Shown in pieces: positions 50,226 to 63,600 of a stretch of 64,000 nt of DNA (position 1 is the first letter of the stretch; each line of letters begins with the position of its first letter). Origin of the DNA: Azolla caroliniana (lineage: Eukaryota > Plantae > Polypodiophyta); contig JBHGNT010000018.1 in NCBI GenBank assembly GCA_043228905.1, positions 8,184,001 to 8,248,000 of the forward strand, given 5' to 3'. A program made the translations under genes and the position numbers. The notes beneath the pieces were generated by a model that saw only the letters and a list, made by a program, of their open reading frames with translations, was not told where the DNA came from and made no database searches.

Positions 50226-50527
50226 TAAGAATCGGCAATGGCTTGGCTCAAGCCTAAACCGAGCCATTAAAGCCGTTTTAAAATAGTTTGGCGGTTCGGT
50301 TCGGTTCGGTTCAAAGCTTGAGCTTCGTTAACTAGTTTCAGCTCGGTTTGGGATGGCTCAAGCCAAACCGTTTTGGGCTAAACTGGTTCCCAAACTAGCT
50401 AAGGCTAATTGCTTTCGCTAAATTTGGCTCCTAAACCGGTTCAATTCAAGTTTGAAAACTCCCAAACCGGTTTGGTTTGGACAATGGCAAACCGGTTAAG
50501 CTGAAACCGAACTGGTGCCGATGCCTA
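50226..50527. mobile_element. Putative hAT-like MITE upstream of calmodulin
   Basis: Imperfect TIR TAAGAATCGGCA / TGCCGATGCCTA (10 of 12) and dense AAACCG/CGGTT motifs in both orientations. No clean 8-bp TSD. Confidence 0.5.
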
Positions 50528-50619
50528 CCGGGGTCGGGCATAGACTAAGGCGATGGATGATAAAGAGATGGGGTGAGGAGGAGGGGTAGCTTTGGGAATT
50601 TAGTGAAACCTTTGTGTTC

Positions 50620-50657
50620 CTTCTTCTTCTTCTTCTTCTTCTTCTTCTTCTTCTTCT
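50620..50657. repeat. (CTT)n microsatellite, probably calmodulin 5' UTR
   Basis: About 12 CTT units. Confidence 0.9.
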
Positions 50658-50809
50658 ATCATCAATCATCATCTTGGCAAAGTCTCTACATACATACTTC
50701 TCATACATACATACGTAAGTCTACTTACATACATACTCCCTTCCTCTCCCTTCCTTCTCTTTTGTACGAACCCCAAAAGAGATCTCTGTGTGTGTGTCTG
50801 TGTGTGGCC

Positions 50810-50885
50810 ATGGCGGATCAGCTCTCCACCGATCAGATTTCCGAGTTCAAGGAAGCTTTCAGCCTCTTCGACAAGGATGGCGATG
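50810..50885 (+). CDS. CaM: Calmodulin exon 1
   Basis: [25 protein letters not shown](G). Donor G/gtatgt splits Gly26, the conserved plant calmodulin intron position. Confidence 0.98.
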
Positions 50886-50924
50886 GTATGTCTGCTATTT
50901 TAACTCAACTACATACGCTCTTTC

Positions 50925-50930
50925 TCTCTG

Positions 50931-50970
<40 letters not shown>
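50925..50970. repeat. (CT)n microsatellite in calmodulin intron
   Basis: Visible CT run. Confidence 0.9.
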
Positions 50971-50975
<5 letters not shown>

Positions 50976-52114
50976 TGCTGTTATGAAAGGCAGAAATTCT
51001 TTCCTTCTCTCTGTGTGTTGTTGAAAAACCTGTAAGATCTCTCTTTCTCCTCTCTGTCTGTTGTTGTTGCGGATGTAAGATCTTTCTCTGTCTGTCTCTA
51101 TGTAATGTAATGTTAACAACGAAAGGAAAGAGCTCTCTGGCCCTTAGCTTTTTTTTTTGAACTGTTTAAACTGTTTCTGAGTGAGTCCTCCAGCTTAGTA
51201 ATCTGTTTTATCACTATCTCTGTGGAGATTTAAAAATCTAGGGTTTATACTTTCGGCATTTGAACCTCTTCAAGAGATGTGAGAGCTCACCAAGTTTTCC
51301 CTCTTCACAATGATCGATCTATATATGTTGAGATGGAATATGATCTCAAAAGAGAGGGCATTTGGTGATCTTATCTGGTTGAGGTGTAATACGACCACAA
51401 AAGAGAGGACATTTGGCCCTCTTCCTCATGATCTATACTTGTCGGATGTGATATGATCACAAAGAGACGATCTCGTCTTCTTCCTGATGATCTATACTTT
51501 CCTGAAATGGAAAATTTGGTATTCTAAATGTTGGTTATAGATATGCTTCTTGAAGGAGAATATAGATGAACTCAAAGAGGGGAGCTTGGCCCTATACCCA
51601 TTTCATGAACTCTGTTTCCATTCATGGAATAATTGGGACATCCAGAAAATATGTTTCTTTGAGGTTTGGCTCAGACTCTGTTTAGAAAGAGTACGTTTGA
51701 GTGTTCTTCAAGTAAGGAATTCCTTTGACGACATTCTGGACGTATTATATTTTTTCAGAATACCATTTGGAAGAAACTAAGAATGTTTAATCAAGGATTC
51801 TCGTAAAGACATTTGTATATCCAGTTTTTGGGTGGTTTGGTTCCGAAAAGCGAAAACCTTTAAATTGATGTCTTTTGTAACCACACGTGGCTATGCTTGA
51901 GGCTTAGTTTGTGGTCAGAAATAATAGATCTGAGTGTTTCTAAAGTGATGAATGACGTTGAATATATTCTTGCTAGATGTAATGTTTCTTGTTCATCTGG
52001 AAAATTAGAGGTTGAGGAAATTTTGGGAGGGCATCCTTCCCAATGTGGATGATAATGTTTCCGAAACACAGTTTCCAAATGCTAATAAATGGAAATTTTC
52101 TCCTTCTGTGTCAG

Positions 52115-52488
52115 GTTGCATAACAACCAAGGAGCTTGGAACAGTGATGCGTTCATTGGGGCAAAACCCAACTGAAGCTGAGCTACAAGAAATGATAAAT
52201 GAGGTCGATGCAGATGGTAATGGAACAATTGATTTCGCTGAGTTCCTCAACCTTATGGCCCGCAAGATGAAGGAAACTGACTCAGAGGAAGAGTTGAAAG
52301 AAGCATTCCGAGTCTTTGATAAGGATCAGAATGGCTTTATCTCTGCTGAAGAGCTTCGCCATGTCATGACCAACCTCGGAGAGAAACTTAGCAATGAAGA
52401 AGTGGATGAGATGATCCGAGAGGCCGATGTTGACGGTGATGGCCAAATCAACTATGAGGAGTTTGTGAAGGTTATGATGGCCAAGTGA
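52115..52488 (+). CDS. CaM: Calmodulin exon 2
   Basis: Acceptor tgtgtcag. 76+374=450 nt gives 149 aa with four EF-hand loops (DKDGDG, DADGNG, DKDQNG, DVDGDG), ending VMMAK*. Confidence 0.98.
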
Positions 52489-53559
52489 GAAACCTCTTTT
52501 TTCTTTTCAAAGCACACAATTATTTTGATATATATGGTCTTTTGGGGGATTCAATATTCAGCTGAAGTTTAGATGTCTTTTTAACTCCTAATCATTATCT
52601 TTTGTAATACTTGGTTTGCTTACTTGGAGTTTTGTTTGCTGGGCATTCACTCGATTGACACCTTTTGAAGACAGTCACTCTAGAGAAATGTTAGTTTGGT
52701 TTTCACATGAAAGATTGGATTGCTCTATTGTATCTAGTTTGCCAATGACCCATGTTTGACATTTTGTTGATGTGTAACATAATGATGAGTTAATAGTCTG
52801 TGTGAGTTGCATGTTCTACAGTCAAGCTAATTTGAAATGGCTATTCAACTATTCATTTTAACAAGAGTTCTTTATTTGGTTCCATTGCTTTCAGTTACGA
52901 ATCAATTATAGATTATGACTTTGAAAAGAATCAGCTGGGAGCATGCGATCTGATAATCTCGTAAACAAGCTAAAAACCTTTGAAGCCGTAATTATAAGAA
53001 AATCAACATAAAATTGATCCCCTATTTCATCGCTATGAATCCTATTGGTAAACAAAACAACGTATCACTAACCAACACTGTATAATACTCAAGTCTTGTG
53101 TCAATTTTATTTGTGTTCAGAATCTTTATCTGTTTTATTAGGCTATTTCACAAATCTGCTTGTATGGAGCTATGTGATCTATATGATGAGGAGAACATTC
53201 AAGTTCTAGTACAGCATTATAAAGGTAATATAGAGAGATTGAATAGCCTACTCTTGCAATATTTCACTAGTTTTGTGGACTATGAAGGTTAGAGTTCGTT
53301 TGGTAGATTTGTATTATATTACACTCACATGATGAATGTTTTGTACTTGTGACCATTTTTACCACTCTTTTTTATTTTCCACAAAAGAATATACTCCATT
53401 AGTTAAAATATACACAAACTTGATCCCTTTCTCGGGTAGGCCCTACCAAGACTATCCTATCCTACATAAGAGATCTCGCTTATTTATCTTACACTTTCAC
53501 ATATATCTCTAGCCATCCTTTCATACACTTCACCTACATTCACTATCCCACATGCCATG

Positions 53560-54720
53560 TCTTTCACGCCCCACGTTCAACTAATGGGAGGGGGGAACAA
53601 CCATTTGGGTACTTCATACTTCCATAGTATATCCATTCCATTTGCTGCAGTCATCAGTGTAGTACACCATCACTTTCGAAAATTCAGCCTCATTAGCTTT
53701 GCAACATCAGTAGGATCATCAATGTGCTCATATTGAGCTCTTAGTGTAGTTATTAATGTGTGCCAGATTAGCTTAATCGATTCAGTTCGAGGGCGTTTGT
53801 GTGCTGAAAATACCTTGGTACACCTTGCTGTCCATATACACCATATAGTAATGGGGGCAAGCAACGTCCAAAGATCTCCAAGTTTTTGATTCTGTGCACA
53901 AGTTGTTCGTACCCTGTTGTCAGTGATCAGCCGAACAATGCCATTCTCCCCTCTGTACTGAGCATCGCATGTGCTATCGTATTTCGCCACATCATCCTCA
54001 AGACAAATCCAGCAAGCATGTCCCTAGTTGAGGGTGAACGAACTAAAGGCATGGCAAAGCAAACGTAGTGCCCTTTCCCATACAGCCACTACCTCCCGAC
54101 ATTCCCATAGACAACGGGAAATGCTTTCTATCTGTCCACATGCAATACATCTAGGGTCTACATTGGGGCCTTTACCCCACGTCCCTACCAGTAAGGCTCT
54201 ATGTGCAATAAGCCATAAGTGCATCATTATCTTGCGGGCATATCTGTCATGCCATATCATTTTTACCACTCTTGTTATAATAGATGTTCGCATGAAAAGT
54301 CTTTTTTATTGGAATCTCCTTTTTACCGCATAATTTGAACCTTCATAACAGGCATGAAATTTGACAATCTAGATTGTAGTGTTAAAGGTTGTAGCTTAGG
54401 AATTGAGACAATTTTGCTTGGGCATATGTCAGGCCAACTTACCTATTGCCCAATTCAACTTTTTTCCTACCGTCCTCTATTTGGGGACAATTCAGCTTTT
54501 TTCCCACCATACACTATTTTGGGGTGCATAAAACTGTTAGTTGTATGAGAATTCATTCCACTATTACATACTTCCTAAATACTTTCAAGGGACTCCCTTT
54601 TGTTTTTTCAAAACTTTCACTTTCATGTCTCATTCTTTTGCTGCCAACTTATCCCATTGTTTAACTTCCCAAAAGCCTCAATCTTTTTCTTTAATAAATG
54701 TATCTTTGTCATTGTACTAT
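53560..54720 (-). mobile_element. Degenerate L1-type LINE 3' fragment with zf-RVT-like domain
   Basis: IW...KIMMHLWLIAHRALL...CIACGQIESISRCLWEC and IWCIWTARC motifs. Confidence 0.75.
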
Positions 54721-57077
54721 AGTCATCTATGATGTTAAAGTAGGATAATCTTCCCAACACATTATTTTTTCTTTTTCTTTTTTTGGGGTGAGCAACAATG
54801 GTACAGATGGTTTCTTATTGAGTCATTCTGATGAGGAAGAAAAGAGTATTTCACAGGAAAAAGAGGAACAAAACAATAATTTTCCATTGTTGCAAAATTG
54901 TGAGAGCATTTGGTTCTAAACAGGGAGTGAGCATGTGGTCAAACAAAAGTAGTGGTGCACATACAACAAACACTCAGAAATTAGACATATATATGATTTT
55001 GAAGAATAAATCCAAACACTATATAAACAATTTATATAAAAGTACTTATAAGAAGTTTTATGTCTTGTAAGTGAAGAGGCTACAACCTACAAGTATAGAA
55101 CTTGTAGGGCTATAGTTTACTATGAGTTTACAATAAAGAGTAGAATGAAGATTAGGGGAGATTAAGAAATAGTTTGGTTGAGTTTGTTTAGACTACGTTG
55201 TCGTGATGTGGTAGGTCCAAAGATAGAAAATAGAAATAAAGGAGGAAAGAGGACAACCACGAAAGTGTGTATATCTAAATATGAAAACAATTAATTAATA
55301 AGGAAGGGTTATTGCTAAATAGTAATGCTATAGATTGTAGGGCAATGGAGATCAAGTCCTTGTGGCATAAAAAGAATTACCCTTTAAGTTTTTGATGAAA
55401 AAGGGGGTAGGTGAATTAGTAGGTAGGGGGGTCCTTTTTCAAAAAGACGAGAAGAGGGCTTATTTTGGATTTTTCATTTTACCATTTCTTAGTTTAGGGT
55501 TGTGAGTATTTTCTTCTTCTTACTTCCTTTTGGAATTTTAGGGTTTTGTGGGATTCTTCTTACTTGTTTGAGTTTAGGTTGGGAGAGTGGTGAGCGCGAG
55601 AGTGGAGTTGGACCACCACTCCTTCATCATTTTCTATTTTGTCTCGGGTTAGTTGAAAGAGTATTTAATAAGGTTTCGTCTTACTCAAAGAGGTGGTAAA
55701 AGGAGGAACAAAAGGTTGAGAAAAGTGGCAAACCAAAGAGGGTGTGGAAATCCACAACAAAAGGTGTGACGACAATTGATCATGAGCTTGGGCCATTGAA
55801 ATTTAGAGTCCGTCATCTCATTATAATCCATGTTCCATTGTAATCACTAATATAAACACTTCTTGTAATCATCGTTGGAAACCCTATATTGTAAAGGGAA
55901 TTTCTTTTCGAAAAAACGAGTGTCGGGTCTTAATCTAGGTCTTATTGTATTAATCAGGTGTAATTTCCCTAATCCCATGTAAACAATTTGAGCCCTACTG
56001 TGGTGAGGGGGAGAGAGAGAAAAGGAGGTTGAGTTGCAACATAGGGAATGGAGAAGCCATTCCTTGAATCAAGATTTCCTCGAGTTTGGGATTTCCTCAA
56101 CTCAATCCATAAATACGGCAATTACACGAGGGAAAACCATGAGGGTTTTTGACTCTTCTCACACAACTTCCTATCCTGCCTAGGATGGGTCCCCTATACT
56201 TATTTATGCGACAACGTGCTATTTTCAACTTTACAATGTTGATCATGAAGAGTAGCTAAATCAAATTGGCCCTTCATGTCCTAAAAGAAACAACAAAGTT
56301 AGATGCTAATAACTTAGGACTAGGCCCATAAAAAAGATTCCAACATGTCAATAGGACAACCAACTTTGTCCTAGGTTGTCTCCAAACATATGACCTTCAT
56401 GTTATTAGCAAGACTCTCTTTCCAATTGAATTAACACATTATGAGGCCATTGTTATTTTTTTATCTTTTCTCTAAAATACATATTTCCTCATTTGCCCCG
56501 TTTTGACCCAACAAGAAATCATCGATTCCATTGTTATTCAACCCCATTTATCAAATGTGACACAATGTAAGAGTTATTGGGGGATTTCCTTCTGGGAAAA
56601 AAAACAAAAACATCATTTTCTAATTAAGAAATTAAAGAGTTAACTTATCAAGCATTGTAGTTTTCTTCAACACATTCTTCCCTAGCCTCATGCTTTTTAT
56701 GTAACCTCAAAAATTATAATATTGAGGACATACTCTAGATTTGTTTTGTAATCATGATTTTTGTTGTGACAAAAGTGGTCATTTTGCAAAATTGTCAAGG
56801 TGATTGATAAAATTGTAGAAGGTAACCAATTCAATGGGAGGAACATGTACAAGTTTCTTGAAGTTTATAAATGTGAATTGAAACGAAATTGCATTCTACA
56901 AGCAAAAGACTATTTGCTTTGAATACATAATTTCAAGAATGTTGGCGTTACAACGAAAATGCATTCTAGAAGCAAAAGGTTATTTTCTTTGTGGAACTAT
57001 AGGCCATCCATACTTGCAGTGTCTTTTGATGTCCTTACAGTAAGTTTACATGTTTCTCATGTGTTCTTTTTCAAAAC

Positions 57078-57444
57078 TGTTACCTGGTGTGACAAGTGTG
57101 AAACAAGGGAGCTGAGCACTAACAACCGAATAAGGGAAGTCGAACATCAAGGAAGGAGCGGGTGGAAAGTGCAGAGTAGAAGGAAGCTATATATTAGGGA
57201 GTAACAAACGTAGAGGGAGCGAGAAGGATCTAAGAGTTTATGAATAGAGATAGGCTAAGAGAGAGTGAGTGTTCACTGATTATACTCAGTGTTTGTATCT
57301 GTATCTGTGTGCTACGTTCAATCGAATATACATATATTGTTTGTGGGTAATTTTCATGTCTGTCTCATCTCTCTACACATATATCTATATAACGTTCGGT
57401 CTGTGGGAGGACGAATATACGAATTAGTTGTAGCTGATTCTACA
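57078..57444 (+). mobile_element. Possible old LTR
   Basis: TGTTAC...CTACA ends, TATA-like ctatatatt and a GA-rich tract. No TSD or partner LTR found. Confidence 0.3.
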
Positions 57445-58129
57445 ATGTGTCAGTCTTAGTCTCTATAACCGATCTGATAAATGATCGATAGTACGCCGCG
57501 ACCCTACCTCTCCCACACCACGATTCCTTGATCCGATTACTCAGGAGGAGTAATCAAAGATGTTCTCTAGGAGGGAGTAACAAGAACCATCTCGAGGTTG
57601 GTGCGTGGGAACCATCATCTACGAGAAAATAATCGGCAAGCTACTAGCACATAAACTAATCACAAAAATAAACTTCAAACGTAATCTACAAATTAATCAA
57701 ACCACAAAACAAGACCTTTTCATCAACCATGTAGAGACTTTACCATGTTTCAACATATTCATTAGAAGAATAAAGAAGCAATAAATCACCAATTCTATTT
57801 ACTTTCCATAATCCGTTTCAATAATTGCAAGTTATTTAGGGTATAATGATTGGGCTCATAGTTTATAATTAGGAGAATGACTAAGGAGAGAGAAGGTTAA
57901 GCTTTAACTCTAGGTAGTATGTTCAAATAAGGAAGAACCATTGTAAAAGGTTTATAATTTCACCTTTATATTTGACCAAATCATACATATGTAGCTTTCA
58001 TTCTTGGGAGGGTATCAAGGTTAAGAGATATTACCTTTATACACTATTACAATGTGAAGCATCTCTCTCTCTCTCTCTCTCTCTCTACGCAATCCACAAC
58101 TTCTATGACTATACTTTTGGAATTGCAAT

Positions 58130-58735
58130 GGATACTCATGGAAGGTGGGATTTGGTGTAGAGGAGTTCACCAACTACTCAAATATTACACTTCTCTTTCA
58201 GACATGTAAGCATGATACTCAAAGGATTCAAGGTTTAGGAAACTATAATGTACAATCTTTGATATAGACAAAAAATCCAAGACAATGAAGAGGACGAAGG
58301 GTGGTATGTTTGATTAAGACGGAATTAAAGAAATATGTGTTGATCATAAAAAATGATGAGCATAAATGATAAGAGAGCTTATGGGCAAACTAGCTTTCGA
58401 AAACACCATAACACCATCGATCACCTTATGAGCTTCGAGTATTAATGGAGCAAAGTCACTTGAGAGGTAAATGTTTATATTGTGGCTTTGTAGACTTCAA
58501 GAAAACTTTTGATATCGTACCACATGAGCATCTTTGGAAGAGAATGGAAGAACTTGAGGTGCCGAGCAAATATATGCTTGTAATTTCCCAAATATTGGAA
58601 ATGTAGTCATCATGATTTTGTTATATGTGGATGATGCACAAAAGCTTATGAAGGCATTGGAAGAATTTTGCATACATACTAAGTTAAGTGTCAATAGCTC
58701 TAAAACAAAGATTATGCTTCGTTCGAGCATGGAAG
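58130..58735 (+). mobile_element. Degenerate LINE reverse transcriptase fragment
   Basis: GFVDFKKTFDIVPHEHLWKRM, ILLYVDD and LSVNSSKTKIM motifs. Confidence 0.75.
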
Positions 58736-58745
58736 ACAGGGTTCT

Positions 58746-60657
58746 TGTTGAGATGCAAGCTCAACATGGACCAGATTGGTGAGCCGGATCGGATCCGGAG
58801 AGGAGAGCCGGATCAGATAGCCTGATCGGTGAGCCGGATCCACAAGAGTTGGTAGGCCGTTAGAGGCCTACGATCCTAGCCTAGTAGATAGGCATATTTT
58901 TAGAAGTTAATGTCAGTCGCTTGTTACCGCATGAGATGTACGGAGAGTTGAGTGAGGGTGAAGAAACTTAATGTTGTTGTATGTATGTGCAATGTATACA
59001 ATTATGAGTGTGAGTGTGAGTGGATAGATAAGAAGAGGTGTGAGTGAGTGACTAGTGCGAATGGCCAAGGGGGCTTGCACCCCTATGTATTTACCCCCTC
59101 TTGTAACTATTTAACCCCCTCATGGGGAATGAATGAAACATGAACAAGTTTTCTCTTAATCTCTCTCTCTCCCCCTCTCTCTCTCTCTTTGACACCGTTT
59201 CTCTTATCCTTGTATAAAAGTGCTCACTGAGCACATTGTATGCACAGACAGAGTATTATTTTTTAATTGAGTTTCTGTGTTCTGGTCTCTATGTCTCTCC
59301 CGAGTTCTCTACATGTTATCTGAGTTTCCATTAAACCTTCATTTACTTTCAATTGCTATCCGACTGTAACCGGTTGTGTATTTTAGCATCCACACACTAT
59401 TCTTTTCATGATATCAGAGCACGAGGGTTGAGAATCCTCTACTGTCGACAAGTGCTTAGACAACCAAAACCTAACACCCGGTAAAGAATAGGAAGAAAAG
59501 GAAGAAGAATGGATAGAAGCATGGCAACCTCACTTCCAAAGGAAAAGCTTGACAGGGGCAACTATGCATCTTGGTCTTACAATATGCACTTGTATATTCT
59601 CAGACACGGATACTGGAGTTATGTAGAAGGAGTGAACGAAGTAGCACCCGAACCGGCACACAAGGACTTCCTAGTGTGGGAACAAGTGCCAACCAGAGTC
59701 CTGTACTAATCTCAAAAATATTTTCGCCACAAGTACCATGGCTCGGAAGTTGTAGCTCTAGCAAGTGCTCAACAATATTCGACAGAAGGAGGTGTCAATG
59801 ATTGACTACACCACAAAGATCAAGGAGATCTATGATGCATTGGGGTCCATCAACGTGACAGTGGACGAGGACGAAATGGTGCAAAGCTATCTTGATGGTC
59901 TAGCACAAAGGTACGGGCCAATCCGGATGGCTATTTGCACACAATAGAAGCCACTGTCATTCTTCGACTTGCAATCGATGTTTCTAGTTGAAGAAAACCA
60001 CACGAATGCATCAAGAAGCACGCAATCCGACAACCAGATGCTATGCACGGAGGCAGATAGGCCCCGTGGACCTGGAGGACGAGGTGGATCGGCACACAAT
60101 GGTGGCGGTCAGCAAGAGCAGGAAAGAAGGCACAGAGGTGGTGCCAACAATAGTTTCAGACCCTCCACAAGCAGGGGCAGTCAAGGCGGCACGGGAAACC
60201 AACAAACGAAGACTGAAACAGAATGATGGTATTGTGGTCGGAAAGGTCACCGGGAGAGCGAGTGCTAGAAGAAGCGCAACGATTCAGACTCCAAAGCGTC
60301 AAATAATATGACGAGCCACGAAGAGTGGTTCTCATATTTGGAGAAACCGGAGCAACCGGGAGTCATTGAAACTAGAGACGACACCTCACATCCAATCGAA
60401 CATGTCGGTGAAGTCCCCTTGAGTCATGTCAGACAAAAAAGGAGACTAATGAATGCGTTGCACGTCCCAACAATTACAAAGAACTTGGTGTCGGTCGGAT
60501 AGATCGTCGACCAAGGGATGCAGGTCTGGTTCACCCATCTTGGGTGCTTCATTGAAGAAGAAAACTAGATCATCGTGCAAGGATGCCGGGAAGGGAGGAT
60601 GTTCATCATTGTCACAAACAACGTTGACACCACATTGTTCGCTAAGAGACAAAAAGT
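58746..60657 (+). mobile_element. Copia family A copy 7, 5' part only (LTR 58746-59408, PBS, gag, PR remnant)
   Basis: TGTTGAG LTR start, PBS tgatatcagagc at 59409, gag MDRSMATSLPKEKLD at 59509. Confidence 0.88.
58922..59210 (+). mobile_element. Foreign LTR-like fragment inside the copy-7 LTR
   Basis: Starts TGTTAC, is absent from sister LTRs and replaces about 50 bp of them. Confidence 0.5.
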
Positions 60658-63600
60658 ACGAATGGCCATTGGTGCTACAAGGCCTCTCCGAAGTACGAAT
60701 GAGGAAGGAAGAAGCAGATCACACGGAGAGGCGGATCCGGGAGGTTACTGGATGGAACGATCCGGTCGAGGAGAAGATAGGTTTCGTGGAAGCCGTGTGC
60801 CAAAACTACGAACTTCTGGTGGAGAACAAGCGAACGGGGAAGTTCCGGTAGTTCCGGTCCACAAGATAGAGCGAAGCAGGCTGGTTACTGGCTGGGCACG
60901 GAGATAGAGAGGTCGATGGACTTACGAAAGGTCCTCGAAGAGCGGATCCTTGACAACAAGGTGGAGTTGTCGCTGTGGGAGGTGCTCGGAATCGCGAAGG
61001 AGTTCCACGATTCCATCGTGGACTTAGTAAAGCATAAACGGCTCTCGACGGAGCCGGGACCGGAGAAGCCCGTGGAAGTGTGGATGACGCACCTGGAGGA
61101 GGAGGCCTTGGAAGATGAGATGGCGGAAAGCCACTATTTGAAGTTGCATTGGGCGGGAGCTACCACGGAGACCCTGGTCCGGATCGGGCACGTCCACGAG
61201 CTGGTGGTAGCATTGCTAGACCATGGGTCCGAAATAAACCTGATGTTCATGGACTTCTCTAAAAAGGGTAAGTGGCCAATTAACACCAGGCACAGGTGGA
61301 AAATGTTGGGATATCGGTCTCTCCGGACGGGATCCGGTGATGAATAAAGAGGACCCGGTGAGAACTAGAAGAGATCTGGAAACTGGAGGAGACCCGGTGA
61401 GAACCGGAAGAGAGACATATCTGTAAATATGTTTTGAGAAAGCCTATTGAGGCTATATTTGTAAATAGCCCTAAGTTCATATAAGTATAAATATGACTTA
61501 GGGCAATCACTTTAAAAGGGTTGTAGTTGTCATACTGTTGTAACTATACAGAGAGCAAAAGAGAGAGAGAGAGAGAGAGAGTAGCTACGAGCACTCTCTA
61601 TTGTAACTGCTGTTTGGCGAAGATCACGAGCACGAGGTCATTGCCTCTGTGCCTCCACTTTGTATTTCCTCTCATATATTGATAGTTGGAGTCCGTGGGC
61701 TCTCGTGGTTTTTCCCTATTAGGGTTTTCCATGTAAACATCCCGTGTCATTTTTGTGTACTCTCTCGTTCTTTCCCATTTCTGTGATTTAAGACTCAGTT
61801 GTGGCCGAGCGATATTCTGCGCTATTTCCTTATAGAAAATATGCGCAACGACACGTGCTACGGAGGAGCTACACAGGGCATGCCCGAATGTGCGTGTGAA
61901 GATCGACGATGTTGAGATAGACGAGCACTTCTTCGTGCAGGAAACATCTTCACACCCGATTATCCTCGGAGAGCCATACATCACAGCGGCCTGTATGGAG
62001 ACCAAGGTGCTAGACAACGGTTTGGCGTATGCGCACGTGAAGAGCCAAGACGGATGGCACTCCGTCCAATTCTTGACAGTGAGAGCGAACCACGAGCGTA
62101 ACTGTGAGACTCTCGACGGTGATGGCTGAGGGGATTTTTAGAGAGGGCTATGAAGGCGTGGGGCCGCGATGGTCCGGAGTCCCCGGAGGAACCCCGTAGG
62201 TTGTACGATAACCGGCATCTGTGACTGGGAAAGGAGGAAGGCAGAGGAGCGTCTCAGAGCGTGTGGAGACCTCAGCCTTGACAAAGAGATTGGCAATGCT
62301 TTGGAAGCGGTTTCCTTCAATGACACCCTGGGAGAGATAGGGAAGGTGGTCGAAGAAGGCCTCAATGAAGACCGGGTGATTCCGATTAGTTCCGTGGGAA
62401 TGTACGAAGTCATTGCCGACTTCCGGGAGAAGGTCGAGTCGGATCAGAAAGCCTACGTAGATACGAAGTACAAGAGTGTGGACTGGAAGGTGAGGCCAAT
62501 CATGGCTCCCTTGCCAGAGGGAAGTGAGGAGCGGATGAAGGGGGTTGCATTGGACCCGAGTTTGCAGAATCCGGCTGGCATAGGGCACAGGTTCACCGAC
62601 AAAACGCTATGGGAGCTCAAGATTGGTGGGGAGGAGGAGGACCGGTTTTGGAGAATGCTCGGGAGGCATGGGAAGGCCTTCACATTCTCATCGGAGGAGA
62701 GCGGGTGTGTGGACCTAAAGATTGTGCAACCCATGGTTATCTTCACGGTACCGCATATGCCGTGGAATTTCAAACCGATTCCGGTACCCAGAGCTCACAT
62801 CCCAAAGTTGATGGAGGTACTGAAGTAGAAGGTGGAGATGGGCATGCTGAGTGCCCCGTATTCGAATCGGTGGTTTACTGTGCTGAGGAAGAATGGCACG
62901 CTACGCTTCATTTAGGACTTGTAGTCAGTCAATAAAGTGACCATTCGGAACACAGGAATCGGGCCGACCATTGACGAGTTTGCGGAGGCCTTCACCGGAA
63001 GGTCAATCTATTCGGTTGGCGATCTGTACTCGGGGTACGACCAATTCCAGCCAGCCGTAGAAAGCAGGAATATCACAACAACGCAGACCCTTCTCGGCCT
63101 AGTACGGATGTGTACCCTGCCGCAAGGAGGAACAAACTCGGTGGTGCACATGGTGAACGCAATGAATAAGGTGCTAAGGAACTGCATCCCGAACATCACC
63201 ATGACATTCTTGGATGACATCCCGATCAAAGGGTATCAGGTGGAGGATAAGGATGAATCGATTGGGCCAGACGGGTGTTGAAAGTTCGTGGTGGACCACA
63301 TCGACGACTGCGAGAAGGTGTTAGAGAGGCTCGAGAGAGCACGACTCACCTTCTTTGGAGAAAAATCAGCTTTCGGGCAACGTGAAATCATGGTGGTCAG
63401 ACACTTGTGCGGGCCTTATGGCCGGAAACCGTCTCCGGCGAAAGTGGAAGCCATCTCCACAATGAAGGAAGAATGCAAGTCTGTTATAGAGGTTTTTGGG
63501 TGCATGCGCGTTCTACCACATCTGGGTCCTACATTACACACACATCGTAGAACCACTCTACAGGTTGCTGAAGAAAGGGCGGAAGTTTGAGTGGAAGGAG

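Noticed and set aside
52012-52488. 158-aa calmodulin with a novel N-terminus
   Set aside because: The first ~34 codons are intron; the true exon starts at 52115.
54730-57070. Hidden gene in the AT-rich interval
   Set aside because: No recognisable motifs or consistent exon chain; probably decayed repeats or intergenic DNA.
61833-61834. Further non-canonical LTR termini (TA end here, TA start at 11298)
   Set aside because: Each is a single old LTR whose relatives have TG..CA, so post-insertion transition mutation explains them.
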